DNA of 64,000 nucleotides from Verrucomicrobiota bacterium (GTDB lineage Bacteria; Chlamydiota; Chlamydiia; Chlamydiales; JAEYWL01): NCBI GenBank assembly GCA_023428915.1, contig JAEYWL010000046.1, positions 3 to 64,002 of the forward strand, read 5' to 3'. Shown piece by piece: positions 55,627 to 64,000 of this stretch (position 1 is its first letter; each line of letters starts with the position of its first letter). The notes under the pieces were generated by a model. It saw only the letters and a program-made list of their open reading frames with translations, ran no database searches and was not told where the DNA came from. The position numbers and the translations under genes were made by a program.

Positions 55627-56511
55627 ATGGAAAAGATTTTACTGACAGCAAACACTGCGCAAGGAAATAAGCTGAATGCTGCGTTCGCCCCGGAAAAAGG
55701 GTGTAATTTGCTCAGCTTCACTTATGGGGATATAGAGTTGATTGACCAGCAAACGGAACGCGAATTTGAAGCGACGGGAAATGGCTTGGGGGCATTAGTG
55801 GCGCCCCATTTTTTAAATAGGCATAAAGGTGCTTATGCTATGCCGGCGGCTAATGGTTTAAAAAAACATGCTGAATTAATGGCTGCCGCAGGATTTGATG
55901 ATCCTTTTTTTATGGGCATTGCTCGTTATGCCACCTGGAAGGTGCTGCAGAAATCGGAAAACAGTTTTACTGCTGAACTGTCAGGCAAAGAATTGTGGCA
56001 AGAAACTCCCTTGGCGCAATTAGAAGGGCAGGCATTTAAACTTGCCCTTACCGCAGCAATACTTCCGGCAGGCTTGGAGTTGCAGCTCAGCGTTGTCAGT
56101 GATAGCGACTCCCTGATAGGAATAGACTATCGTTTTCATTTGCCAGAAGGGAATAGCCGGGTGATTTCCGCTATCCAAAAAACTTACCTGGATAAAGGGG
56201 AGCCGCAACAATTGTCAGAAGCTTGGAAATCCGATGAAGAGGGAAGTTCACAAATAGAATTAAATAAGGGCTTCGATTGCGCCTTTTATCCCCAAAAAGA
56301 CCCGTTAAAAGGGGCTATATGTCTGCAAACTTCAAAATATCAGCTGCATGTTCGCTATGAATGCGGCAACCAAGAGAATTGCTGGCGCCTTTTTCGTCCA
56401 GAAGGGGCTTCTTATGTCTGTATAAGCCCTTTAAGTGCGCAAAACCCTTGGAAGCCCAACCTGACAGTTTCTAGCCTTAAGATTTACTTGCAGCCTGAAA
56501 TTCACAGCTAA
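55627..56511 (+). CDS. Aldose-1-epimerase-superfamily-like protein
   Basis: FAPEKGCNLLSFTYGDIELID and ARYATWKV resemble the mutarotase fold. The ATG at 55627 lies 1 nt after the upstream stop. Confidence 0.4.
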   Translation: MEKILLTANTAQGNKLNAAFAPEKGCNLLSFTYGDIELIDQQTEREFEATGNGLGALVAPHFLNRHKGAYAMPAANGLKKHAELMAAAGFDDPFFMGIARYATWKVLQKSENSFTAELSGKELWQETPLAQLEGQAFKLALTAAILPAGLELQLSVVSDSDSLIGIDYRFHLPEGNSRVISAIQKTYLDKGEPQQLSEAWKSDEEGSSQIELNKGFDCAFYPQKDPLKGAICLQTSKYQLHVRYECGNQENCWRLFRPEGASYVCISPLSAQNPWKPNLTVSSLKIYLQPEIHS

Positions 56512-57678
56512 TCAGATCTTTTGGCTAATCATGGCATCATAAGCCTGGGTCTTTGCTTGCTGGGAAGCGAGAACCAAGTCTTTAGGCAAATCCAAGCTGG
56601 TTGTAGGGAAGGCCATTTGCGCCTTATTTCGTATTACGATTTCAGCAATCTTAAATAGAATGTCTTCCCGGACATTGGCATGGCCAACCGTATCTACCCT
56701 TAAGATATAAGCGTCTATTAAAATCCTAATGGCATAATCGCCAAAGCCATTCAGATTGACCATAAGGCGTTGGTGATTGTCCACGTCGGGGTGGGCAACA
56801 ATCATCTCTCTTATTTCTTTGATGATCGTTTTGGCAGCGGGCAAATCGTCATAGCGTATTCCGATGATTTCCTTAAAGCGCCTATGGCTCATCCTTGAAG
56901 GGGTCATAACCACAATTTTTGAAAAAGTTGAGTTTGGCACATAGATAGGGCGTTTTTCAAAGGTGCGGATACGGGTCATATACCAGCCAATTTCCTCGAC
57001 ATTGCCCTCCAGATTTTTTTCGGGAAGATTAATCCAGTCTCCGATGGCAAATGGGCGGTTTACATAAATCATCAGGCCGCCAAAAAAGTTGGCGATAATT
57101 TCCTGGGAAGCAAACGCAATGGCTAAACCGCCGACGCCGCCAAAGGCTATCAGAGTGTTCATATTGCGGCCGGTAAGCTCTAATGCTGAAAATAGGGCAA
57201 ATAGGAGAATCAACATGGTAGCCATCTTGGAGATCATATCGATCTTACCCGGCTCTATAGCGATCTCGTTATTGCGGCTGCGCTGCGTCATCACTTCGAC
57301 AAGATTGATTTTCCAGCGCAATAAAAACCAGGCAAAGAAAAGGGCGCCGGAAAGAGAAAGCATGAGATGCATGTAGGGAAGGGAAAAGAAGTTTGTGCCG
57401 TTTAAACGGATATTAATTACATCCAAACTATTGACAAGCACCACAAACCAGATCCAGTAACTCAATGGTTTGTGCAAGCCCATTACAAACGTATCTTGCC
57501 AATACCTGTGCTCCTTGCTGAATCTGTGATGCAAGCGCTTTAGGATATAGGCAATTACAAGGTTGAGGATAACGATAAACGCAAGAGCAAAGATCTCCTG
57601 AGTCCAACCGTGCTTGCCATCAATAATATCTAAAATATTATCGCAGCATTTCTCTATATAGGCTTTATCTGTATCCAT
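56512..57678 (-). CDS. mscS: Small-conductance mechanosensitive channel (MscS family)
   Basis: Multiple TM segments, then GGVGGLAIAFASQEIIANFFGGLMIYVNRPFAIGDWI. Confidence 0.88.
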   Translation of the reverse strand: MDTDKAYIEKCCDNILDIIDGKHGWTQEIFALAFIVILNLVIAYILKRLHHRFSKEHRYWQDTFVMGLHKPLSYWIWFVVLVNSLDVINIRLNGTNFFSLPYMHLMLSLSGALFFAWFLLRWKINLVEVMTQRSRNNEIAIEPGKIDMISKMATMLILLFALFSALELTGRNMNTLIAFGGVGGLAIAFASQEIIANFFGGLMIYVNRPFAIGDWINLPEKNLEGNVEEIGWYMTRIRTFEKRPIYVPNSTFSKIVVMTPSRMSHRRFKEIIGIRYDDLPAAKTIIKEIREMIVAHPDVDNHQRLMVNLNGFGDYAIRILIDAYILRVDTVGHANVREDILFKIAEIVIRNKAQMAFPTTSLDLPKDLVLASQQAKTQAYDAMISQKI

Positions 57679-57726
57679 GAAAACAACCTAACCCATTTGC
57701 TCTTTTAGTGCAAAATATGTCAATTA

Positions 57727-57761
57727 AAACCCAAGTTGCTACCTTATAATAAGTCGGGTTT
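57727..57761. repeat. Degenerate copy of the aaacccgacttgctacc palindrome family
   Basis: The sequence is aaacccaagttgctacc ttataa t aagtcgggttt. The right arm is truncated. Confidence 0.6.
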
Positions 57762-57928
57762 AAAGCTCTTTCAAATTTTCTTTAAAAAAAATCGTCATAT
57801 CATTAGATTTCTGCGCAATCAATTTACTTTGCTATTTCATAATCTTTAAATGAAATTTTTTTTGTGGTTTGTTAGATAGTAAAGTGTTTACTTAGTTGAA
57901 CAAAATTCTCTTATATCATACACTTAAA

Positions 57929-58255
57929 ATGGAATATAAAATTATAATCTATGCAACTGAGAAAGGGGATGAACCTTTTCGAGAATGGTTGGATAGTTTG
58001 AAAGATTTTGATACTAAAGCATTAGTACTACAACGCCTTCAGAGAATTAGGCTTGGAAATTTTGGAGATTGCAAACACATCGATGAGGGCTTATGAGAAT
58101 TTCGTATTCACCATAAATCAGGTATTAGAATTTACTACGCTCGTGTCGGGCAAAGCTTGATACTAATGTTAGGTGGAGGAAATAAAAGAACTCAACAGAG
58201 CGATATTACGAAAGCCACTAAATGCTTAAAAGATTATAGAAAAAGGGTGTTATGA
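57929..58255 (+). pseudogene. higB: HigB/RelE-family (Gp49-like) toxin interrupted by an in-frame TGA
   Basis: MEYKIIIYATEKGDEPFREWLDSL...DCKHIDEGL-TGA(58094-58096)-EFRIHHKSGIRIYYARVGQSLILMLGGGNKRTQQSDI. The final stop overlaps the higA ATG (ATGA). Confidence 0.75.
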
Positions 58256-58557
58256 GTGCTAAATTTCGTTCCTTTGAAGAACTTTTAGGGGAATATCTTG
58301 AAAATCCAGAGTTTGCTATGAGCTTTTTAAATCAAGCCTTAGCGGATGAAGATGTTGAAGCTTTTAAACTTTCACTTAAAGACATTATTCGCGTTCATGG
58401 AAAAATTTCACATTTAGCTAAGCAAGCTCATCTTAGCAGAGGGACATTATATAAGTTGATGCAAGGAAAGGGGCAAACAGAAATTGGCACAGTACTGAAA
58501 CTCATTCATGCTTTAGGTTATGAACTAACCGTTTCAAAAAAAGTGCAAATAACTTAA
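58252..58557 (+). CDS. higA: HigA-type addiction-module antidote protein (HTH)
   Basis: 101 aa. HLAKQAHLSRGTLYKLMQGKGQTEIGTVLKLIHALGYELTV. Confidence 0.8.
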   Translation: MSAKFRSFEELLGEYLENPEFAMSFLNQALADEDVEAFKLSLKDIIRVHGKISHLAKQAHLSRGTLYKLMQGKGQTEIGTVLKLIHALGYELTVSKKVQIT

Positions 58558-58640
58558 CTTTTTAAGACTCTGATCGCTGCCTTATAATAGGTCATATTGA
58601 AATTATTTTCTTTCTAAGAGCTCGAATCTGACTCTTAGAA

Positions 58641-58657
58641 GGTAGCAAGTCGGGTTT
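58641..58657. repeat. Right-arm-only copy of the aaacccgacttgctacc palindrome family
   Basis: ggtagcaagtcgggttt is the exact complement of the consensus left arm. Confidence 0.6.
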
Positions 58658-58697
58658 AAAACAGAAAAAAATCAAAACCACAGCTTTATTGAAATCT

Positions 58698-59450
58698 ATG
58701 AAAATTATTTCTTGGAATGTGAATGGCATACGCTCAATCCTTAAAAAGGGATTCATAGACTTTATTAGCAAATACAACCCTGACATCTTGTGCCTTCAGG
58801 AAACTAAAGCGCGCCAAGAAGAAGTGCCGCTTGATATCCTGCCATATCGCCAATATTGGAATGCAGCGCTGAAAAAAGGCTACAGCGGTACTTGTGTTTT
58901 TACAAAAGAACACCCTCTTTCAGTTGTAAATGGCATTTTGCTCGATATTCACGATCAGGAGGGCAGGACAATCACTTTGGAATATCCAAATTTTTTTCTG
59001 GTAAATGTGTATGTGCCCAACTCTAAAAGAGATCTTTCCAGGCTCGAGTACCGCAGCAAGCAGTGGGACACCGATTTTCTAAAATATTTAAAAAATCTGG
59101 AGAGTAAAAAACCTGTTATCTTTTGCGGAGATTTGAATGTCGCCCATACAGAAATCGATCTGACCTTTCCACAAGCCAATGTAAAAAACCATGGCTTTAC
59201 TCCGGAAGAGTGCCAGGGGTTCGATCGCATCATAGAGTCCGGCTTTATCGACACTTTCCGAGAATTTGAAAAAGGACCCGGACATTATACCTGGTGGAGT
59301 CAATTCAATAGGTGCCGTGAAAGAAATATCGGCTGGCGCATTGATTATTTCTTGATCTCGCCTGCACTTCGCCCGCAATTAAAGCAATCGTATATCTTAA
59401 ACGAGGTAATGGGTTCCGACCATTGCCCTGTCGCCATAGAACTTATTTAA
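58698..59450 (+). CDS. xth: Exodeoxyribonuclease III
   Basis: MKIISWNVNGIRS, LCLQETK and SDHCPV. Confidence 0.93.
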   Translation: MKIISWNVNGIRSILKKGFIDFISKYNPDILCLQETKARQEEVPLDILPYRQYWNAALKKGYSGTCVFTKEHPLSVVNGILLDIHDQEGRTITLEYPNFFLVNVYVPNSKRDLSRLEYRSKQWDTDFLKYLKNLESKKPVIFCGDLNVAHTEIDLTFPQANVKNHGFTPEECQGFDRIIESGFIDTFREFEKGPGHYTWWSQFNRCRERNIGWRIDYFLISPALRPQLKQSYILNEVMGSDHCPVAIELI

Positions 59451-59488
59451 ACCCGACTTGCTACCTTATAAGGTAGCAAGTCGAGTTT
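59449..59488. terminator. Bidirectional hairpin shared by xth and hemCD (palindrome family)
   Basis: aaacccgacttgctacc (59449-59465), loop ttataa, then ggtagcaagtcgagttt (59472-59488), 1 mismatch. It overlaps both stop codons. Confidence 0.7.
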
Positions 59489-60767
59489 TAATTATTCTGG
59501 AATTTAGAGCACTTTGAGTAATGGGACCGATGGCGGTTAAGCGTTTGTGCGGCGGCAAGCTTCCGAAAAGGTCGATGAAAGCCTGTACAGTTGAAGGGCT
59601 GGTAAAGTGCAGTTCTTCAAATTGATTGAGGTCGGGTAAGAATTGGTAAGGACGTGTGGAAGTGGTGTAAATGCTGTATTCGGCAAATGAGAGAGATTTG
59701 CCTGTTAAATAGGTGCCGATTACGTTGCGTGCAGCAGCTGCGTGAGGCCAAAGCAGATGGCTTTGGCTTAAATCCAGGGATTCTAATAAAGCCACAACCC
59801 CTTCTGCAGTTTCTTGCTCAGGGACTAAGACGCCGGCAATGCCGTACTCAGTTAAAGCTTCTGCTGTGCGTTTACCGACTGCCAGCCAGGTTTTATTTGA
59901 CAGCTGCGGTAATTTTAGATTATTGAAAAAGAGGCTCACAGCTGTGCGACTGGTGAATAGGATGTGGGAAGCTTTATCTAGTTCATTTTGTGCCAAATTA
60001 ATTTCAGAAGAAATAGGAAAGGTCTCAATAATAGGGAAATGAAACACAGTATTGGCAAGCTCTTTGGGCGGTTCCAAACCTAGATAAAGAGTCTTTTTTG
60101 GTTCGCGTATATCAAGCTTAGTGAATAAAGCAGCCATTTCTTTATCATCTTCACGGGCTAGTATGGCCAGTTGTCCTTGCAGGGGTGTAGTGGTGCCGGG
60201 TAGGCGTACACGATTGAGATGGGTCAGCCCCAAGCGAATCAATGCTGCCTCTGCAATGACCACTCCATCTACTTTGCCCTTCTCCAATACTTGCAGCCGT
60301 TCCGCTATAGTGCCGCGGATGTCGCAAAAGGTGAGATCTCTTCTGAGCTGCTGCACATTTTCTTCTCGGCGCATCGAAGAGGTGGCTATAATGGCATTTT
60401 TTGACAAGCTCTCTAAAGTAGCTCCTTGGCGCAGTACTAATGAATCGGAAGGATCGACACCCTTTGTTATTGCCGCAATCTTTAAACCCTTTGGCAGGGG
60501 ATCGGGCAAGTCCTTGGCCGAATGAATGGCAATGCGGCAACCACCGTTCAAGAGCAGTGCATCGAGCTCTTTAGTGAAAAAATCGGTTTTATCCAATTCG
60601 CGCAGGGAAGTGGTGCGGTCGAGATCGCCGCTGGTTGGCATAGCTGTTACAGTGAAGTCGATTTCGGGATGGCTTAAACGCAATTCACCTAATACTTCCT
60701 GCACTTGAACCAGGGATAGCGGCGAGGCTCGCGCCCCTATGTGTATACTCTTTACCATCTTCAACAA
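59466..60767 (-). CDS. hemC: Porphobilinogen deaminase (domains 1-2 only) fused to a uroporphyrinogen-III synthase-like domain
   Basis: N-terminal HIGARASPLSLVQV, IAIHSAKDLP, ATSSMRR and IRGTIAERL are HemC-like. After about aa 220, TLYLGLEPP...FTSRTAVSLFF...AVGKRTAEAL is HemD-like. Confidence 0.7.
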   Translation of the reverse strand: MLKMVKSIHIGARASPLSLVQVQEVLGELRLSHPEIDFTVTAMPTSGDLDRTTSLRELDKTDFFTKELDALLLNGGCRIAIHSAKDLPDPLPKGLKIAAITKGVDPSDSLVLRQGATLESLSKNAIIATSSMRREENVQQLRRDLTFCDIRGTIAERLQVLEKGKVDGVVIAEAALIRLGLTHLNRVRLPGTTTPLQGQLAILAREDDKEMAALFTKLDIREPKKTLYLGLEPPKELANTVFHFPIIETFPISSEINLAQNELDKASHILFTSRTAVSLFFNNLKLPQLSNKTWLAVGKRTAEALTEYGIAGVLVPEQETAEGVVALLESLDLSQSHLLWPHAAAARNVIGTYLTGKSLSFAEYSIYTTSTRPYQFLPDLNQFEELHFTSPSTVQAFIDLFGSLPPHKRLTAIGPITQSALNSRIIKTRLATL

Positions 60768-60814
60768 ACCCTTGATACAATATGTTTTTGGTTAATAGCA
60801 GGAAAAGCGGGCTT

Positions 60815-61096
60815 GCCTTCTACGAGCTCGTGCCGTGCGCATTCAATTTCCCATATCTTTTTAAGAGGTTAACGCAGAGGCACAGAGACGCAGAGGGATT
60901 TTAGCGGGATATTACGACGAAAGAATCATGTTTTTTATTTTTCTTAATGGCTTTTTTTTATTAAGAGATAACTTTAATAAATATGAATGCTTCATCTTAA
61001 AATTCTCTGCGTCTCTCTCTGTCTCCCGCGCCTCTGCGTTTATTTATCAAGATATAGGTAATAAGATACGCATGCGGGCACGGACACGTAGAAGGC
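60815..61096. repeat. Palindromic element D: about 280-bp imperfect palindrome
   Basis: The left arm 60815-60895 (gccttctacgagctcgtgcc...aacgcagaggcacagagacgcagag) is imperfectly complementary to the right arm 61005-61096 (ctctgcgtctctctctgtctcccgcgcctctgcgtt...cgtagaaggc). The centre is AT-rich. Confidence 0.7.
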
Positions 61097-61217
61097 GATC
61101 CCGTCTATCTTGTTTTATATTTTCTAATAAATCTTGTTCACTTTTCAAGATGTTTTCGATATGAAAAATCATGCTTAAAAATTGTTAATTTGTATGATTC
61201 AGACTCGTTTTTAAGAG

Positions 61218-62582
61218 TTACATTAGGGCTTCTATTGCTTCTTCTACTAGATTGACCGGTTTTATCTGGATTTTTTTGCGCATCTCTTCTGAAATACCCT
61301 TTAGATTGTGTTTAGCCACGATACAGCGTTTAAAGCCCATGTGGATGGCTTCTTTAATGCGGCTTTCGATGCGCGGCACGCTGCGGATTTCGCCGCCCAG
61401 GCCAACCTCGCCTACTACGAGTGTTTCCGGATCGACAATCCGATTGCGCAAAGAGGAAGCGACTGCCAGCAGCACCCCCAGGTCAATGGCAGGCTCGACA
61501 ATGCGCAGGCCGCCGGCAATGGAAACAAAGACATCGCTTTGATATAGGGGATAGCCGATTCTTTTTTCTAATACAGCCAATAATAGGGCCAGCCGGTTTT
61601 GATCTAAACCGGTACATCTGCGCGAGGGGGTGCTGAATACGCTGTTTGTAACCAACGCTTGCACTTCAACCAAGATAGGGCGTGAACCTTCAATCGTGGG
61701 AATGATTACAGAACCTATGGTCTCTTTTTGCCGCTCTTCCAAGAAAATTTCGCTAGGATTTGATACTTCGGTCAGCCCTTGGCCGCTCATTTGGAAGACT
61801 GCAATTTCATCGGTTGCGCCAAAACGGTTTTTAACTACCCTGACCATGCGGTAGTGGTGTTGTTTATCCCCTTCAAAGTAAAGCACAGTGTCCACCAAGT
61901 GCTCTAAAATTTTGGGCCCGGCGATCTCGCCGGACTTAGTCACATGCCCGATTAAAAAGGTCGCTATGCCGTTTCCTTTAGCGAGATACATAAACTCCGC
62001 GGTAGTTTCACGGATCTGTGTCACAGAGCCCGGAGCGGACTGCAATTCGCTTTTATAGACAATCTGAATGGAGTCTACAATCAATACTGCCGGTTGAATT
62101 TGGTCGATGTGAGCTTTGATGGAGGCAAAGTTTGTTTCGCTTAAGAGCAGCAAGCTATCTGTTTCCACTCCTAGACGTTTAGCGCGCAGGGAAGTTTGTT
62201 CCACAGATTCTTCGCCGCAGATATACAAGACTAACAGTCCTTGCCTGGCAAACGTATTGGCGATTTGCAGCATGAGCGTCGATTTCCCGATACCGGGATC
62301 GCCTCCAACCAAGGTCAGCGATCCGGGAACCACGCCGCCGCCCATCATCCGGTCAAATTCCTGGATATGGCTAGTCATCCTGGGCGTTTGTACATGCGAG
62401 ATCTCTTTTAGCCGTACAGGTCGGCTGGGGGCGGTAGGCTGGGCTTCAAAACGCCTGGCAACAGGGGTTTCTACTTCTTCATGCATTGTGTTCCATTGGG
62501 AACATTGCGGGCAGTGCCCCGACCAGCGCGCTTGTTTATGGCCGCAGTTTGAACAGTACCAAACGCTTTTTGATTTGGCCAC
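61218..62582 (-). CDS. radA: DNA repair protein RadA/Sms
   Basis: Zn finger CSNCGHKQARWSGHCPQCSQWNT. Walker A GDPGIGKST. KNRFG. Lon-like C-terminus. Confidence 0.95.
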   Translation of the reverse strand: MAKSKSVWYCSNCGHKQARWSGHCPQCSQWNTMHEEVETPVARRFEAQPTAPSRPVRLKEISHVQTPRMTSHIQEFDRMMGGGVVPGSLTLVGGDPGIGKSTLMLQIANTFARQGLLVLYICGEESVEQTSLRAKRLGVETDSLLLLSETNFASIKAHIDQIQPAVLIVDSIQIVYKSELQSAPGSVTQIRETTAEFMYLAKGNGIATFLIGHVTKSGEIAGPKILEHLVDTVLYFEGDKQHHYRMVRVVKNRFGATDEIAVFQMSGQGLTEVSNPSEIFLEERQKETIGSVIIPTIEGSRPILVEVQALVTNSVFSTPSRRCTGLDQNRLALLLAVLEKRIGYPLYQSDVFVSIAGGLRIVEPAIDLGVLLAVASSLRNRIVDPETLVVGEVGLGGEIRSVPRIESRIKEAIHMGFKRCIVAKHNLKGISEEMRKKIQIKPVNLVEEAIEALM

Positions 62583-62583
62583 T

Positions 62584-63291
62584 TTAAGCTCCTAATTTTA
62601 CGAGGGCGTCTTCAGCTGCTGCCTGCTGCGCCTCTTTTTTGGAGCTGCCTTCGCCGCGGCCAACTTCCTTTTGGTTGATCAAAACGAGAATGCAAAACTT
62701 TTTGCTATGGTCCGGGCCCTCTTCACTAAGCACATGGTAAACAGGAGCTTGCTGGTATTTTTTTTGGGAAAAATCTTGCAGCATGGCCTTCCAATTGCGC
62801 AGAGGCTTTTTGAGAATTTCTTCAATTTCTCCTGAGAAATTCTTAAACAGGAATTTTTTGGCGGCTTCTAAGCCCCCATCGATAAAGATCGCACCAATTA
62901 GGGCTTCGAACAAGTCAGCTAAAATAGAATCGCGGCCCCTGCCGTCATTCATGCGCTCACCCTTGCCAAGCAAGATATAATGGCCTAGATCTAAGTGCTG
63001 CATGTACTTGACGCAAGAAGCGGACTCAACCAGCCGCGAACGTAAATATGAAAGCTCTCCTTCAGGGGTTGAGGGCAAATATTTGTATAAATACTCGGCC
63101 GCCAGCAAGCCTAGGACTGAGTCGCCTAAGAACTCAAGCCGCTCATTGTGCTGCTTGATGATTTGCCGGTGTTCGTTCAAATAAGAACGATGCACAAAGG
63201 CGAGAGCTAAGAGATGCTTATCGTTAAAGCAGTAACCAAGCTTAGACTCTATTGCGGCAATTTCTGTAAAAATATTTTCAAAAGATTTCAT
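62584..63291 (-). CDS. rnc: Ribonuclease III
   Basis: Signature ERLEFLGDSVLG and a C-terminal dsRBD (GEGSSKKEAQQAAAEDAL). Confidence 0.95.
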   Translation of the reverse strand: MKSFENIFTEIAAIESKLGYCFNDKHLLALAFVHRSYLNEHRQIIKQHNERLEFLGDSVLGLLAAEYLYKYLPSTPEGELSYLRSRLVESASCVKYMQHLDLGHYILLGKGERMNDGRGRDSILADLFEALIGAIFIDGGLEAAKKFLFKNFSGEIEEILKKPLRNWKAMLQDFSQKKYQQAPVYHVLSEEGPDHSKKFCILVLINQKEVGRGEGSSKKEAQQAAAEDALVKLGA

Positions 63292-63384
63292 GGGACAATA
63301 ATAACAAAACTGAAGGTTTACAAAAAAGAAAATCAGGCTATATGGTAATAGCCGTAATATTTTTTATTTAAGGAGATATTCATT

Positions 63385-63765
63385 ATGATGATTACAGTAG
63401 CACAGGGATTAACCACTGCTGCGAATGCTGCGGGCTGGAGCATCGCAATCGGAACAGGCGCAATTGGACTTGGAAAACTCGCTCAGGGTACTTGGCATAT
63501 GGTTTCTCAAGCCGTAGTTATCCTTTGGGAAAAGATTAAATCTTTTATCACACACACTAAATATGATCCAAATTCTACAGTGAACCAGGAACGCTACGCC
63601 CTAATGAAACACGGCGCTAATCAATTTGTGGAAGGTTTGAAATATATTGCCGCTTGCGAATTGCTGAAAGTTGGCGCTCAGTTATTGTTAGGAGCTCCTC
63701 CTCTAAGCATTTCCAAAGTGATGGACGTTCTAGGCTGGCGCGTTGTCACCAGAGGCTGGGTCTAA
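63385..63765 (+). CDS. Small hypothetical protein (126 aa) with hydrophobic N-terminal half
   Basis: Strong RBS aaggag 7 nt upstream. Hydrophobic segment AAGWSIAIGTGAIGLGKLAQGTWHMVSQAVVILW. Confidence 0.5.
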   Translation: MMITVAQGLTTAANAAGWSIAIGTGAIGLGKLAQGTWHMVSQAVVILWEKIKSFITHTKYDPNSTVNQERYALMKHGANQFVEGLKYIAACELLKVGAQLLLGAPPLSISKVMDVLGWRVVTRGWV

Positions 63766-63788
63766 GACGATCCCTAAAGTCCGGTTTT

Positions 63789-63892
63789 GGAATGGACAAA
63801 CGGCATTATCGACCTTAACGACGCAATGGACATTAACGACAAACAATTGGCGCTTAGTCCATTAAGTTCATAAGGTCCATGGCGTCCTTAAG
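63789..63892. repeat. REP-2 palindromic repeat, intact copy
   Basis: GAC at 63811, 63820, 63829 and 63838. Centre ttggcgct. GTC/GTT at 63857, 63866, 63875 and 63884. Confidence 0.8.
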
Positions 63893-63924
63893 AGACAGTT
63901 CATAAGTCAGATTTAGCTATATCA

Positions 63925-64000
63925 AATGACATTATGGACCTTAACGACGCCAAAGACATTTACGACAAGCAATTGGCGCTTAGTCCATTAAGTCCATAAG
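63925..64000. repeat. REP-2 palindromic repeat, copy truncated by the window end
   Basis: GAC at 63928, 63937, 63946, 63955 and 63964 (9-bp period), followed by aattggcgcttagtccattaagtccataag. Confidence 0.75.

Noticed and set aside
60928-61164. 78-aa ORF inside palindromic element D
   Set aside because: It is an AT-rich core plus palindrome arm, with a low-complexity Phe/Arg/Ser-rich translation and no RBS.
63776-63784. aaagtccgg resembling the RNase P RNA conserved GAAAGUCCGG
   Set aside because: Only 9 nt match. The flanking sequence is the REP-2 repeat and no P4 or pseudoknot partners are present.
63789-64000. Possible CRISPR array, suggested by two similar repeats 136 bp apart at the window end
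   Set aside because: The repeats are about 105-bp imperfect palindromes identical in type to solitary copies at 35.4 and 51.8 kb. Spacing is irregular and there are no short unique spacers or cas genes.

Overview
This 64-kb chromosomal window is best explained as a non-Chlamydiaceae ('environmental') member of the phylum Chlamydiae. I ran no searches: every product call comes from motifs read in the ORF translations, and the taxon call rests on gene order recalled from memory. That order is clpC ... ptsN(HTH)-ptsN-dut-accD-sodM at 1.6-21.4 kb and hemC-radA-rnc at 59.5-63.3 kb, as in Chlamydia trachomatis CT286-CT294 and CT297-CT299. Tandem tyrP permeases, rpoN, Mip-like FKBPs and Inc-like proteins fit the same assignment. 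The housekeeping backbone is hemY, clpC, dut, accD, sodA, pdxST, engB, tsaE, ddl, ldh, argS, epmB, uvrB, trpS, rpoN, an rlu-family synthase, mscS, xth, hemCD, radA and rnc. It is interrupted by accessory material. (1) A ~13.7-kb island lies between clpC and ptsN. It carries an AbiEi/AbiEii module, two giant paralogous ORFs (1672 and 1648 aa) with a central hydrophobic hairpin and a conserved unassignable C-terminal module, a frameshifted DUF4143-type ATPase, and foldback MITE-like repeats bracketing the second giant gene. (2) A divergent pair encodes a 1161-aa multidomain protein and an Inc-like protein. (3) An overlapping operon encodes an alpha/beta hydrolase, a membrane-anchored MurF-like ligase lacking its N-terminal domain, and Ddl. 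(4) A tandemly duplicated cassette (small 4-Cys secreted protein plus lipoprotein, twice) is followed by two degenerate Mip-like FKBP paralogues. (5) hipB-hipA is followed by a HIT-family gene. (6) A HigB-like toxin is inactivated by an in-frame TGA and sits next to an intact HigA. The non-coding DNA is unusual: four sequence-unrelated nested palindromes of 230-420 bp, a ~105-bp palindromic repeat family whose arms carry GAC/GTC at a strict 9-bp period, and a 17-bp-stem palindrome family around xth. No rRNA, tRNA or CRISPR array was recognised.
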